Shown piece after piece: positions 1 to 11,537 of a stretch of DNA of 52,836 bases (its first letter is position 1; every line of letters starts with the position of its first letter). The stretch covers positions 1 through 52,836 of the forward strand of contig CAVYSE010000010.1 in assembly GCA_963771075.1 (NCBI GenBank), given 5' to 3'. Made by a program: the position numbers and the translations under genes. The stretch is from a candidate division FCPU426 bacterium. Lineage in GTDB: Bacteria; Oederibacteriota; Muellerivitia; Muellerivitales; Muellerivitaceae. The notes beneath the pieces are model-generated. The model saw only the letters and a list, made by a program, of their open reading frames with translations. It had not been told where the DNA came from and made no database searches.

Positions 1-531
1 TGGCCGATATCATTTTCTTACGAACATAAATGATTCTCTACAATGGATATTCGACCTCCAAAGCAATGAAAATTGGCGGCCCGTTTATTTGGATGGAAAT
101 TCGGTGATTTATCTTAGGAAAAATTACGCGCGCCGCAAATACCGATGTTAGATGATTCATATGTCGTTGCGGCAAACAATATACAGCCCCAGATTTTAAA
201 TCAATCCCTCGATTTAATAACGAACCCCAGACCATCCTCGTGGAATTGTTTTTGGAAAGGTTTTTACGATCCCGTTGATTACCCAAGCGGAATCTTAAAT
301 ATGGGCAAGTTTTTTTTCGCGAGTAACCACCCAAACACGGCGGAAGCATTTTTCCTGGAAGCGCTCAAACTCTCTCGGGGGAGATATTGGGATATTTATT
401 GCAAACTAAGTTTTTTTTATTACCAATTCAAACGGTATGATATTTCGCGGCTTTGTGTAGATGAAGTCTTGAAAAATAACCCGAATAACAATGTTGCCCG
501 CCAAATGCTTGAAAATATTCCAATAAAATAA
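1..531 (+). CDS. C-terminal part of a TPR-containing protein, probably a GT-C/ArnT-like membrane protein (starts before window; frameshift near 130)
   Basis: Frame 2 reads ...WRPVYLDGNSVIYLRK, a W-x-x-VY-x-D-x4-Y-x-R motif common in soluble domains of GT-C-like membrane proteins. It continues in frame 1 with a TPR-like helix pair (AEAFFLEALKL...VLKNNPNNNVARQML) to the stop at 531. Confidence 0.55.
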
Positions 532-681
532 CAAATCTTAAAACTCTAAATTATTTTAAGGCTACCAACTTGGCTGTTTGGCAGATAGTTTCTTGTCCAT
601 CCGTTTCTTGTTTGCGGAGCACAGAGTAGAAAAATGGGCGAGATAATGCGCAGTTACTTCCCTTTCCAACTTCTTGGCACT

Positions 682-1025
682 TCACCGGATAACAACGATC
701 TTCCCTGTATAAATCCTGTGATTTTTAGTGTCATCCACCTGCAGGACATAGATATATAATCCACTGGCTACAGGGTGCGTTTGCTTGATTTTGAATCTGC
801 CTGGCCAAATCATTGACCCCCACTGATCCCTCAACTGTGGTTTGATAGACCATTTCGCCCACAAGATTATAGAGCGCTAGGTGAATCTGGGCCGTTTGCC
901 CCAAAGTCACCTTCAAGTCAACCGGTTCCCCATTCCTGGAAACATTCGGCGCTACCACGACCGATTGGGCCAATATCTCCGGTTTGATCGTGGGTGTGGG
1001 GGTGATAGTAGATGTGCATGTCGGG
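682..1025 (-). pseudogene. 3' remnant of a Thr-rich secreted protein (stalk end plus FlgD/T9SS-like C-terminal domain), truncated by the IS at 1026
   Basis: Reads PTCTSTITPTPTIKPEILAQSVVVAPNVSRNG...LYNLVGEMV, then a frameshift to VASGLYIYVLQV...TGKIVVIR*. It has the same CTD type as neighbouring paralogs, and the 5' end is cut at the IS inverted repeat. Confidence 0.75.
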
Positions 1026-1121
1026 TGTAGTGCGTAACGAAACTATTTCCTGAATGTTTGGCTGAGCACAAGTAAGACCGTCGCCTCTTAGATACCCCCT
1101 CAGGGGGAAAAGGAGGCGAAG

Positions 1122-3012
1122 ATGGAAACACAAACACCTACCGAATCAACTCCCACCTCAACCCATCCCGAAGTATCCGCCGGGGCCGAAGAGGCCCTGT
1201 TAGATACACCCAAGAGCAAAGGCTGAATCTTTTGAAAGCCTTTGACGCCCGGGAAGGCGGCCAGGCGGACTTCTGCTTCAAGCACAAGGTCAACCGCATC
1301 ACGCTCTGGGCTTGGAAGCGAGCCTATCAAGTCCACGGTGAAGCGGGTTTGGCAAGTGGGGTAAGCTTGGGCAAAAAGCGCAAGGCCCGGAGTACGCGGT
1401 ACACCCCCGAGCAGAAGCGTCAAGCCGTGGAGGCCTGCTTGAAGTCCGGGCAGTCCATGATGGCCTTCGGCAAACTTTGGGGAGTTCACCCGCGGGTGCT
1501 CTCCAATTGGTTGAAGAAGTCCGGCAAGGGGGGCCACAGGCCCTCGAAGGCCGTGCGGGAAGAAAGCCTGGAAAGAAACCAGTGCCTTCCCGCTTGAAGG
1601 ATCAGATCATTTCCGTCAAGCGGGAATTTCCACACTTTGGCTTCAGGAAGGTGAAGGCCTTTCTTGCCCGTTTTCGTGGGATCAAAGCAACGGATCCCCA
1701 GATACGGCGGGTGGTGGCCGAGGAACAGCTACCTCATGGGCACCAAACCGCTTCCCGCCACTGGAAGAAGAGACCCTGGTGAGACGCTTTGAGCGATCCA
1801 GACCCGGCGAGCTCTGGCAAAGCGACATCACCAGTTTCAACCTGGCGCGGTATAGCCAAAAAATATACCTCGTGGCTTTCCTGGACGATTACAGCCGATA
1901 CATTGTCTCTTGGCGTCTGGGTCTCAGGCAAACCCGGAATTCGTTCAGGAAGCTTGTTGGAAGGCATCCAGCGCTGGGGCAAGCCCTTGGAAGTTTTGAC
2001 CGACCAGGGCCGCCAGTATTTCGCTTGGCGAGGCAAAAGCGGCTTTCAAAAGCTGCTGGCAAAGCAAGGCATCCGGCATGTGGTTTCCCGGACCCATCAT
2101 CCCGAGACGTTGGGCAAATGCGAGCGGTTCTGGGAAACGGTGGCCAGAATTATGGTCCGAGCCATGCCCCAGGACCTTACCGAGGCCCAAGAGCGCCTTT
2201 CGCATTTCATCGCCCATTACAACCATTTCCGGCCACATCAGGGGATCGGCGACAGCGTGCCAGCGGATCGTTTTTTTGGCGTGGAATCGCAGGTGCGCAA
2301 GGCCATTGAGAAAACCCTTGGGGAAAACCAAATAGCCATAGCTTTGGACGAACCGGCCCGCAAACCGGTGTTTTTGGTCGGACAGATCGGCGACCAGAGC
2401 GTGACGCTGCATGGAGAGAGAGGTAGGCTAATCATGCAGACACCCGAAGGGGTGGTTCAGGAAGTGTCCTACCAAAACCTGGGGTCGGCTTCGGTCGCCC
2501 CCCTTGCCACGGAGGTGGAACATGGAAAAATCGACGACTCAGGAGAGCAGCCCAGCCCCACAGGACCCGGAAACCCATACGGAATCGAAGAAACGCAGGG
2601 TGTCCAAGCACCGCAGGGGGTTCAAGATCAGCACCCCGCCCTACCCGGTGAGGGCCCTTTGGGAGATGGCCAGCGAGGAGGAGAGGAAGAGGGCCCACGA
2701 GTTGGGAGCGTTGTTGTTGGAGCACTGGCTAGGCCGGATGTCGAAGAAGGAACTGGGGGAGAAGATCAACCAGCCGCCTTTGAGGGTGTGGCAGTTGTCC
2801 CAGCAGGCCCTGGTGGGCCTAGTAGTGGGGCTGCTGAAACAACCCAAGAAGCCACCCAAGGGAACCCAGCCGCCTTCCACGCTTCTGCCGGAGGACAATC
2901 CCAAGCAGCTGCATGCCCAGATACTGGAACTTCAGAGACAGAAGCAGGTCTTGGAGGAACTTGTGGAAATCCTGAAGGACCTACCGGCCAACCGGGAACA
3001 AGCCAAGGTTAG
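1122..3012 (+). CDS. IS481-family DDE transposase (tandem HTHs plus rve core), split by at least 4 frameshifts
   Basis: RBS AAGGAGG precedes ATG 1122. Fragments 1232-1597 (HTHs), 1477-1782, 1779-1930 (RFERSRPGELWQSD, FLDDYSR) and 1955-3012 (VLTDQG, HPETLGKCERF, YNHFRPHQG) give a complete D-D-E triad. Confidence 0.85.
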
Positions 3013-3133
3013 GCTGCCCGGCCTGAGGGGTCGACCTACGGGGAAAAAAAATACAGCTTCCATACCGGGTTCTCCTGCGCCTAAGGATCGGAAACTGGCT
3101 GGCGCACCGGCGTCTGAAAAAGGGGGATCTTAG
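2522..3133 (+). CDS. IS accessory protein (helical/coiled-coil, HTH-like), overlapping the transposase 3' end
   Basis: Strong RBS GGAGGTGG before ATG 2522. Globular-looking sequence (LLEHWLGRMSKKELGEKINQPPLRVWQLSQQAL) followed by a coiled coil (LHAQILELQRQKQVLEELVEIL). Confidence 0.7.
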   Translation: MEKSTTQESSPAPQDPETHTESKKRRVSKHRRGFKISTPPYPVRALWEMASEEERKRAHELGALLLEHWLGRMSKKELGEKINQPPLRVWQLSQQALVGLVVGLLKQPKKPPKGTQPPSTLLPEDNPKQLHAQILELQRQKQVLEELVEILKDLPANREQAKVRLPGLRGRPTGKKNTASIPGSPAPKDRKLAGAPASEKGGS

Positions 3134-4103
3134 CCGTATCGCCCTCAAATTGGGCGTGACGGTGCGGGCCCTATTGAATTGGCGACGGGCGGCGGGTTTG
3201 TCTCTCAAAAGACAGGGTCGGCCGCCCCACAGCCAAGCGGCTCGGGAGAAAGCGTTGAAAGCCGTGGAGAAGGTGCTTCAAGTACAGGGCTACAGGGCTG
3301 GCTGGCGCTGCGCGGACCAGCTTCTGCCCCAAGTGCCCACGAGGCTGATTCAGGCGGTCTTGAGAAAGTTGAAGGCCGATCACCAACGCTTGCTACGCCG
3401 ACGCATTGAAAAGAAAAGGGTCCATTGGCATTACACCCACCAGGGGGTGGTGATGGCCCAGGACAGCGCTTATGTGGGCCAGTGCCTGTTCGAAAAGGTT
3501 TGGGCGGAAGTGCACAAGGACCCAGCCACCTGTCACTCGGAAGTGTCGGGCGACGGGAAAGACGCTATCGGCGAAAGTGTGTTGGCGTATTTGCAAGCCT
3601 CGGAAGAGGAAGGTGATCTTCCTTTGGTTTTCCAGACCGACAACGGTCCGGCTTACCGCGAGGAAGGCTTGCGGAAATGGTTAAGGGACCACCAGGTGGT
3701 CCACCTGCGGTCCCGGCCGCGCACACCACAAGACAATCCCTTTGTGGAGTCCGCTATCGGTGAAGCCAAGGACCAGGTGCCACCAGGGTTCATTGGAGAG
3801 GGGGTGGAATTCCGTACACCCGAGGAAGGCGTGGATTTATTGGCCCAAATAGTGGAACGGGTCAATCAGTTCCACCCTAGGCCGGGTTACGGGGGAAAAA
3901 CAGCTTGTCAGTTGTGCGAGGAAGTGCCATCTTGGAAGAAAGCGGTCCAGCGCGCTGAGTTTTATAATACGGCCTGCAGGGCTATTCGAAGGGCGATGCT
4001 CGGCCTCAAAGGCCGCAAAGCTCGTACTGCTGAGCGGGAAGCTATCTTCCGGACGATGGAACGCTTTGGATTGCTGGTTAGAACACGAGGTGACGGCTCT
4101 TGA
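3042..4103 (+). CDS. Second DDE integrase/transposase (HTH plus rve core)
   Basis: The frame is open from the GGGG-A8 run at 3040-3051. HTH DLSRIALKLGVTVRALLNW; catalytic motifs MAQD, FQTDNG, RPRTPQDNPFVES. The stop lies in the right IR. The start is uncertain (ORF track 3150). Confidence 0.8.
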   Translation, partial: GKKIQLPYRVLLRLRIGNWLAHRRLKKGDLSRIALKLGVTVRALLNWRRAAGLSLKRQGRPPHSQAAREKALKAVEKVLQVQGYRAGWRCADQLLPQVPTRLIQAVLRKLKADHQRLLRRRIEKKRVHWHYTHQGVVMAQDSAYVGQCLFEKVWAEVHKDPATCHSEVSGDGKDAIGESVLAYLQASEEEGDLPLVFQTDNGPAYREEGLRKWLRDHQVVHLRSRPRTPQDNPFVESAIGEAKDQVPPGFIGEGVEFRTPEEGVDLLAQIVERVNQFHPRPGYGGKTACQLCEEVPSWKKAVQRAEFYNTACRAIRRAMLGLKGRKARTAEREAIFRTMERFGLLVRTRGDGS

Positions 4104-4341
4104 GGCTAAGCGAAACCGGAAAAAGTTTCGTTAACAGTAAGTATTAGGATTTTAACCCTTCCAACCACAAAGCTCAAATAAATTTGGAATTAAGACGGTA
4201 AAATTTCGCAAAAGACAAAAATACAACATTTTTTCATCAACGAGGCAAATGACCTAGAAATGACGTTAAACCACTTCTTCAAACAAACCCCATAAATTCC
4301 AATGGCAAAGGTTTATGCGAAGAAATTTGGCCGTGTTGGTG

Positions 4342-7300
4342 TTACCAGATGAGGATGAGCCTCTTGAGGTGCCGTTCATAGGGTTCGATCAGGTAAAGGA
4401 TATAGACCCCGCTGGCGCACTTGTCCCCGTTGTAATTCGTCCCATCCCAGGAATAAGCCTTCGAAATGGGTGTCGTCTTGGTGTTCAAATCCATGTTTTT
4501 GATGAATTCTCCCGCCGAGTTGTAGATCCTCAGCGAATAGGGGTCCCCCGGCGCGCTGTATCCCACATAGATCGATACCGGACCCTGTGAGGGCCTCAAT
4601 ACGTTCTGGGAAACATAGAAAGTATCCTGCGACGGCATCGCAGGCGTCGCCGTCGCCGAGATGGTGGAGGTCGCCGTCCCGCTGGCCGTAATCGTAAAGG
4701 TCGTGGTCGCCGTCCGGGTCACCGTCGGGCTCCCGGTCGAAGTCGGGGTTGGGGTCGAGGTGGCCGTTTTCGTATAGGTCCCCGTAATGGTGGGCGTAAA
4801 GGTCGCCGTGGGGCTGTTGGTTCCCGTCGGGGACCAAGTCGCGGTCGGCGTCCAGGTATAGGTCCGGGTTGCCGTGGCCGTCCAGGTCGCCGTGGGGCTG
4901 GCTGTCCAGCTTGCGGTATTCGTCCAGGTGCCCGTCGGGGTGGCCGTCGGGGTCGCCGTGGGGGTCAGGGTCGGCGTCGGGGTGTTGGTGGAAGTGGGCG
5001 TGTTCGTAAGGGTATAGGTCATCGTTTCCGTACGCGTATTCGTCACCGTCAGAGTGAATTGGATAGTCTGGGTCGAACTTGCGGTGAGGGTCGCCGAAGG
5101 TGTCGTCGAACTGGTCGGGGTCAAGGTCGCCGTGGCCGTGTTGGTAGCCGTATAGGTCGTCGTCACCGTGGCCGTATTCGTCGGGGTATCCGTGATTGTG
5201 AAGGTGATGATTGGCGTGATGGTGATCGTCGGCGTTATCGTAATGGTCGAGGTCGCCGTGGGGGTTACGGTCACCGTGGGAGTTGAGCTGAAGGTCAGTG
5301 TCGAGGTCGCCGTCCTCGTCGACGTGCTCGTCAAGGTGGCCGTATTGGTGTTCGTCGGGGTCACTGTGGGCGTCACGGTCGCCGTGGTGGTCATGGTCTT
5401 CGTCATCGTGAATTGCACCGTATTAGTCGAGGTGAATGTTACCGTCGGCGTCGCCGTCGAAGTTTGAGTGGGTGTCACTGTATAGGTCGGGGTAGAGGTC
5501 GCTGTATTCGACGGGGTCACCGTATAGGTGTTGGTGCGGGTGACGGTATTGGTCACCGTATTCGTGGCCGTCACCGTCGGCGACAGGGTGATCGTGAAGG
5601 TGATGATGGGCGTGATGGTGATTGTCGGCGTTATCGTGATAGTCGAGGTGACTGTGGGGGTTCGGGTCGAGGTCGCCGTGGGAGTCACGGTTGGGGTAAA
5701 GCTATTGGTGGGCGTCACCGTGGGGGTCACGGTGTTGGTATTGGTCCGGGTGGGAGTGACGGTAAGAGTATTGGTATTGGTCGTGGTGACCGTGGCGGTG
5801 AAGGTATTGGTAGCCGTATAGGTATTAGTCGGGGTCACCGTGGGGGTTACCGTATTGGTGTTGGTGCGGGTTGGCGTCACGGTGGGCGTATAAGTGTTCG
5901 TTGGGGTGACCGTGGCGGTGGGGCTATTGGTCGCGGTGACCGTATTGGTCTTGGTGGGGGTCACGGTAGCAGTGTAGGTATTGGTCGGGGTCACCGTGGG
6001 CGTGACCGTATTGGTATTGGTGCGCGTCGGGGTCACCGTCGACGTATAGGTGCTAGTGGGAGTGTTCACGACTGTATTGGTATTGGTCGGCGTCACCGTG
6101 GGTGTCACCGTGTTCGTATTGGTGCGCGTCGGGGTTACCGTCGGCGTGGGAGTATTGGTAGCCGTATAGGTATTCGTCGGCGTGATCGTGGGCGTTACCG
6201 TATTGGTGTTGGTGCGGGTCGGTGTCACCGTCGGGCTCGGCGTATTCGTGTTCGTCGCCGTGGGGGTAAAGGTTGAGGTAACCGTATTGGTCCGAGTTGG
6301 GGTGGGAGTGGAAGTGTTGGTGTTGGTGACGGTAAGGGTGGGTGTGGAGGTGCGAGTGGGCGTAATGCTGGGCGTGGGTGTCATCGTTGGGGTCGGGGTA
6401 TGGGTCACGGTGGATGTCCATGTTGGGCTTACAGGACAAATGAGAGTAACCGCTACTGTATTGGAAACGGCCGTCACGGGTGTCGTGTTGTAGACCATCG
6501 AAGCGGTATTGTGGGCTACGTAACAATAATTGCTAGGTTGGATCGAATAATCCTCTAATTCGAATGTCACAGGCACGCAAGCGTTATATGGCATTCCATT
6601 TCCAAAAGTGATGGTCAATGGCACTGAATTGCTGAAAGTAATACCAGCCGCTTCCTGGGGGGTAATAATATTGCCGTCATAGTTGTATCCAAACTGGGAA
6701 TCGACGGGGTCGATGATGGTGACCGGATGATCGATCCCTTGTCCCGTATTGCAAACTTTCAGGGTAAAGGTAACCGGTACGCCTTGGGCAATATTGGTCA
6801 ATGGGCCTGAAACGGCCTTGGTGATAGTGATATCTGGTGTGGGAAGGGGCGTAGGAATGGTCATGGTGAAGGATTGCCGAAAGAATTCCGCGCAACTATT
6901 ACTTGCGCCAGCGGCCGTAGGATCCCAGGATACAAAAGGCAGGATATTGCCGGTGTAGGTGTCTGTCACCGGAATGTCCGGCTCATCGAGCATGGTCGAG
7001 GATGGAACATTGATCGCTGCATACCAAGCGCTGGTTGGGACCCCAGTCGCGTCATACCAATTGCCGCTCGACATCGGAGGGGTTGTTGACCCGCTACAGG
7101 CGTTATACCAAACCGAAACACTACCCGAATCCGAGGCGATATCCATAGTGGAACCGCTTGAACAACCGATCTGGAAACTCCAGGCGGCCAGCATGATGTT
7201 GGACTGAACGTTCTGGTCGTAAAGGGCGAACATATTGTTGGCGGTTGTCGTCAAGGCGGCGGATATTTGGTTAAAAAGCGCCCCCGCGGGAACGGTGTAA

Positions 7301-7577
7301 CAAGGAACTCCCGTGGAGGAGGATTGGGAAAGGTTAAAAGTAACGGGAAGCTGTATTCCGTCAATGTAGATGACACCCCAGTCATCCACATTCGCGCAAA
7401 TGGTATAGCTGGTTGGCGTACAGGTCGCGGCCTTTAAAGTCTGGGGAAGAAAAACAGAATCAATAAACCGATAAACGGTAAACATTGAACCGGTTTCAGC
7501 CAGCCTCCCAAAACCGATTTGAGAAGTAAAAAGTTGCTGGTTTTAATGGGTATTCTTTCGTCCCTGAAAAAATCCAA
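4342..7577 (-). CDS. Secreted Thr-rich protein 1: DD lectin-like head, DUF11-like domain, (TX)n stalk, FlgD-Ig CTD
   Basis: The ORF track gives 4342-7485. A hydrophobic signal peptide ([13 protein letters not shown]) lies in another frame starting at TTG 7577 (RBS GGTGA), implying a frameshift near 7445. [15 protein letters not shown]...[21 protein letters not shown]. Confidence 0.85.
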
Positions 7578-7756
7578 GCGATCACCAATTTCTTCGCGGA
7601 ATAGGTAAATCCAAGCGTTATATTACAAATCAAGTATCCCATGGTTTGTAAAAAAATATTTTAAACAATATTTGTTTTTGTTTTTAATTCGAGGAATTAT
7701 TGCTGAAATTCAGAAATAGCCAGCTAATTTTAACGATAAATTTTGGTTTTCCTCGA

Positions 7757-10700
7757 TTACCAAATGAGGATGAGCCTCTTGAGGTGCCGTTCATAGGGTT
7801 CGATCAGGTAAAGGATATAGACCCCGCTGGCGCACTTGTCCCCGTTGTAATTCGTCCCGTCCCAGGAATAAGCCTTCGAAATGGGTGTCGTCTTGGTGTT
7901 CAAATCCATGTTTTTGATGAATTCCCCCGCCGAGTTGTAGATCCTCAGCGAATAGGGGTCCCCCGGCTCGCTGTATCCCACATAGATCGATACCGGACCC
8001 TGTGAGGGCCTCAATACGTTCTGAGAAACATAGAAAGTATCCTGCGACGGCATCGCAGGCGTCGCTGTCGCCGAAATGGTGGAGGTTGCCGTCCCACTGG
8101 CCGTAATCGTAAAGGTCGTGGTCGCCGTCCGGGTCACCGTCGGGCTCCCGGTCGAAGTCGGGGTTTGGGTCGAAGTGGCTGTTTTCGTAGAGGTCCCCGT
8201 AATGGTGGGCGTAAAGGTCGCCGTGGGGCTGTTGGTTCCCGTCGGGGACCAAGTCGCGGTCGGCGTCCAGGTATAGGTCCGGGTTGCCGTGGCCGTCCAG
8301 GTCGCCGTGGGGCTGTTCGTCGGGGTGAAACTCGCCGTGGGGGTGGCCGAGAAAGTCACAGTGGGAGTTGGCGTGAACGTCCGGGTCGCCGTGGGGGTTA
8401 GGGTCGGCGTCGGAGTGTTGGTGGAAGTGGGCGTGTTCGTCTCGGTCACTGTCACCGTAATCGTCGGCGTGTTGGTCTCCGTAAGGGTATTCGTCACCGT
8501 CAGCGTGAATAGGATCGTCTGGGTCGAGCTTGCAGTGAGGGACGCCGTAGGCGTCATCGAACTGGTCGGGGTCAAGGTCGCCGTGGGCGTGTTGGTCGAG
8601 GTATAGGTCGTCGTCACCGTGGACGTATTCGTCAGGGTATCCGTGATTGTGAAGGTAATGACCGGGGTGAGGGTAATGGTCGACGTCACCGTGGGTGTCG
8701 AACTGAAGGTCAGCGTCGAGGTCACCGTGCGTGTCGATGTGCTCGTCAAGGTGGCCGTATTGGTGTTCGTCTGGGTCACCGTTGGCGTCACCGTCGCCGT
8801 GGTGGTCATGGTCTTCGTCATCGTGAATTGCACCGTATTAGTCGAGGTGGATGTCACCGTCGGCGTCGCCGTCGAGGTTTGGGTGGGGGTCACTGTATAG
8901 GTCAGGGTAGAGGTGGCTGTATTCGACGGGGTCACCGTATAGGTGTTGGTGCGGGTGACGGTATTGGTCACCGTATTCGTGGCCGTCACCGTCGGCGACA
9001 GGGTGATCGTGAAGGTGATGATCGGGGTGATGGTGATCGTCGGCGTTATCGTGATAGTCGAGGTGACTGTGGGGGTTCGGGTCGAGGTCGCCGTGGGAGT
9101 CACGGTTGGGGTAAAGCTATTGGTGGGCGTCACCGTGGGAGTCACGGTGTTGGTATTGGTGCGTGTGGGTGTTACGGTGGGCGTAACCGTTGCGGTGAAG
9201 GTATTGGTAGCGGTATAGGTGTTCGTCGGGGTCACCGTGGGGGTTACCGTATTGGTGTTGGTGCGGGTTGGCGTCACGGTGGGCGTATAAGTGTTCGTTG
9301 GGGTGACCGTGGCGGTGGGGCTATTGGTCGCGGTGACCGTATTGGTCTTGGTGGGGGTTACGGTAGCGGTGTAGGTATTGGTGGCCGTATAGCTGTTCGT
9401 GGGGGTCACCGTGGGCGTTACCGTATTGGTATTCGTGCGTGTCGGAGTCACCGTCGCTGTATAGGTGCTGGTGGGAGTGTTCACGACCGTATTGGTATTG
9501 GTGGGTGTAACCGTGTTGGTCTTAGTGGGGGTCACGGTAGCGGTGTAGGTATTGGTGGCCGTATTGGTGTTCGTCGGCGTGACCGTGGGCGTTACCGTAT
9601 TGGTGTTGGTGCGTGTCGGCGTCACCGTCGGGCTCGGGGTATTCGTGTTTGTCGCCGTGGGGGTAAAGGTTGAGGTAACCGTATTGGTACGGGTGGGGGT
9701 GGGGGTGGCGGTGGGCGTATTGGTTGGGGTTACGGTTGGGGTTTTCGTCGGGGTATTGGTAGCGGTGTAGGATGGGGTTGAGGTCGGGCTGGGGGTTGGG
9801 GTTCGGGTGAGCGTGACGGTGGGACTGGGCGTTGAGGTGGGCGAGTTGGTGCGGGTGGGGCTTTGGGTCGGCGAGGGGGTAAAGGTGGGCGTACTGCAGT
9901 TCCAGAAGTATGTGATTCCGTTGGATTCAGGGTAGGAACCTGGCCCCACCCATGTCGCGAAATTATTGTGAAGCCCGCAATCGTACTGGGAGTTACCTGT
10001 GTCGTCCGTCCCGGAAATGGTCACCGACCAGCAATAAGGCGCCCAAGTGCTTCCATTCCAACTCGCTCCGGGTATGCCGGTTGGGTTCACGAAGGAAATG
10101 GGTTCCTCGGAAGGGTCGGAAGTGCTTTGGTCCGTCCAATCAAAGTGCCAACCCGCGGTGCCCAAACTCCCCTTACTGATCGTATTTCCATCCGAGGTGG
10201 TCACGGAGGAAGGGGCCCGGAAATGCTCGCTTCCCCAGAAGTGCAGCGCCTGGTTGCCTCCATTATCCAAAAAGGTAACCGGACTCGATATTCCCAGCCC
10301 CGAATTACAAAGCTGGATGACCACATTAATGGTCGGGTTACTCGACTTGGGATAGGTAAAGGTCACGCTATCCGGTCCGCTCGCGTAATGTTTCGTGATG
10401 GTAATGTTCGAGGGTGGGGGAGTCGGGATAGGGACGATGGTCACCGACTGCCTGAAATAAAGGACATCGCACATGGTACTGGAGGAAGCCGCCGCCTGGT
10501 AGGAAAGGACGGGGATGAACCCCCCCGTTTGCGGGTCCAGGATCTGTTTGCTGTAGAGGGTAAATCCGGTTGCCTGCACGGGAGCGGACCAGCCGTTCGG
10601 GACCGCCGTCGGATCGTACCAATTCGTCCCGCTCGATAGGGGCGGCGACCCGGACGGGGCGACGCAGTTGGGAGCCGTGCCGGTTTCGGCGGTGGAGGGG

Positions 10701-11191
10701 TGGTACATTTGGGTGTTGGTCCCGTCGCTTTGGATATAGGCGTGCTTACCGCTGGAACAACCGATATCCACGTACCAGCTTCCCCACATATTTTGGCCCA
10801 ACACGTTTTGGACTTTGGCGGACACGTTGACGTTACTACTGGCCGTGATGGCGGCAAAGATCGGTGAACTCGTCGGCACATTGACGCACACCGGGCTGCA
10901 GGCGCCCCAAGTTTGACCGTTATTGCAGGAGGAAAGGTTGCAACCCGAGGCCGGGCACAAAACGTTGGCGAACATAAAGTCATTGCCATTCCCTACCATA
11001 TAGCCGTCGATATAAACCGTCATGTAATCGTCCGCCACCCCGCAAACCTCCACGGAAGTGGGCGTACATTGGGCCCAAAGGGTTTTGGAAATTGACAGGC
11101 AAACCAAAAAACATAAAACCGTTTTTAGTCCGCTGGATAATTTGAATTTTTTAAATTCGACTGGATTCATCGCAATACTCTCTAAAACCAC
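7757..11191 (-). CDS. Secreted Thr-rich protein 2 (same CTD as protein 1, different head)
   Basis: 1144-aa ORF with signal peptide ..[19 protein letters not shown] motif and a ~610-aa TX stalk. The 3' ~560 bp is nearly identical to 4342-4900. Confidence 0.9.
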   Translation of the reverse strand: MVLESIAMNPVEFKKFKLSSGLKTVLCFLVCLSISKTLWAQCTPTSVEVCGVADDYMTVYIDGYMVGNGNDFMFANVLCPASGCNLSSCNNGQTWGACSPVCVNVPTSSPIFAAITASSNVNVSAKVQNVLGQNMWGSWYVDIGCSSGKHAYIQSDGTNTQMYHPSTAETGTAPNCVAPSGSPPLSSGTNWYDPTAVPNGWSAPVQATGFTLYSKQILDPQTGGFIPVLSYQAAASSSTMCDVLYFRQSVTIVPIPTPPPSNITITKHYASGPDSVTFTYPKSSNPTINVVIQLCNSGLGISSPVTFLDNGGNQALHFWGSEHFRAPSSVTTSDGNTISKGSLGTAGWHFDWTDQSTSDPSEEPISFVNPTGIPGASWNGSTWAPYCWSVTISGTDDTGNSQYDCGLHNNFATWVGPGSYPESNGITYFWNCSTPTFTPSPTQSPTRTNSPTSTPSPTVTLTRTPTPSPTSTPSYTATNTPTKTPTVTPTNTPTATPTPTRTNTVTSTFTPTATNTNTPSPTVTPTRTNTNTVTPTVTPTNTNTATNTYTATVTPTKTNTVTPTNTNTVVNTPTSTYTATVTPTRTNTNTVTPTVTPTNSYTATNTYTATVTPTKTNTVTATNSPTATVTPTNTYTPTVTPTRTNTNTVTPTVTPTNTYTATNTFTATVTPTVTPTRTNTNTVTPTVTPTNSFTPTVTPTATSTRTPTVTSTITITPTITITPIITFTITLSPTVTATNTVTNTVTRTNTYTVTPSNTATSTLTYTVTPTQTSTATPTVTSTSTNTVQFTMTKTMTTTATVTPTVTQTNTNTATLTSTSTRTVTSTLTFSSTPTVTSTITLTPVITFTITDTLTNTSTVTTTYTSTNTPTATLTPTSSMTPTASLTASSTQTILFTLTVTNTLTETNTPTITVTVTETNTPTSTNTPTPTLTPTATRTFTPTPTVTFSATPTASFTPTNSPTATWTATATRTYTWTPTATWSPTGTNSPTATFTPTITGTSTKTATSTQTPTSTGSPTVTRTATTTFTITASGTATSTISATATPAMPSQDTFYVSQNVLRPSQGPVSIYVGYSEPGDPYSLRIYNSAGEFIKNMDLNTKTTPISKAYSWDGTNYNGDKCASGVYILYLIEPYERHLKRLILIW

Positions 11192-11304
11192 TTGATCCTT
11201 GGCTCAGTTCATGGCCGAAGAAATTAAAAGCGCTCTTATCATTAATTATCACACTTATTTACATCCATTTTTTTAAAATTAGCGGTTTTGAATGAAATCA
11301 ATAA

Positions 11305-11480
11305 CTCGACTTTGGCAAATTTTGGGGTCGTTCTAATCTTCCCCCTCTGAAAGAGGGGGACTAAGGGGGAGTTAGCCTTTTTAAACCCCCATCGACAACG
11401 ACTAATACCCCCCTATGACCCTTTTTTCAAAGGGGGGATAGTCATAGGCAACGCGTTATTAGGAATTTGCCAAAGTTGGG
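11305..11480. mobile_element. MITE shell A, copy 1, with hairpin core
   Basis: TIR CTCGACTTTGGCAAATT / AATTTGCCAAAGTTGGG. Direct repeat TCAATAA at 11298-11304 and 11481-11487. Core CCCCCTCTGAAAGAGGGGG..CCCTTTTTTCAAAGGGG. Confidence 0.8.
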
Positions 11481-11537
11481 TCAATAACTAAAAAAACAAA
11501 TAGGCTTGATGATTAAACCGGTTACAAACCCTTGATT

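Larger units (their letters stand above)
1026..4142 (+). mobile_element. IS481-like element (~3.1 kb) with two DDE integrase genes and an accessory ORF
   Basis: Imperfect terminal IRs: left TGTAGTGCGTAACGAAACTATTTCC..GTTTGGCTGAGCACAAG (1026-1072); right reverse complement TACTGTTAACGAAACTTTTTCCGGTTTCGCTTAGCCTCAAG (4099-4139). They enclose two rve ORFs. Exact ends are uncertain by a few bp. Confidence 0.8.

Noticed and set aside
4342..8310. Near-identical 3' ends as a DGR template/variable repeat pair
   Set aside because: There is no reverse transcriptase in the window, differences are mostly synonymous and not adenine-specific, and both copies are coding.
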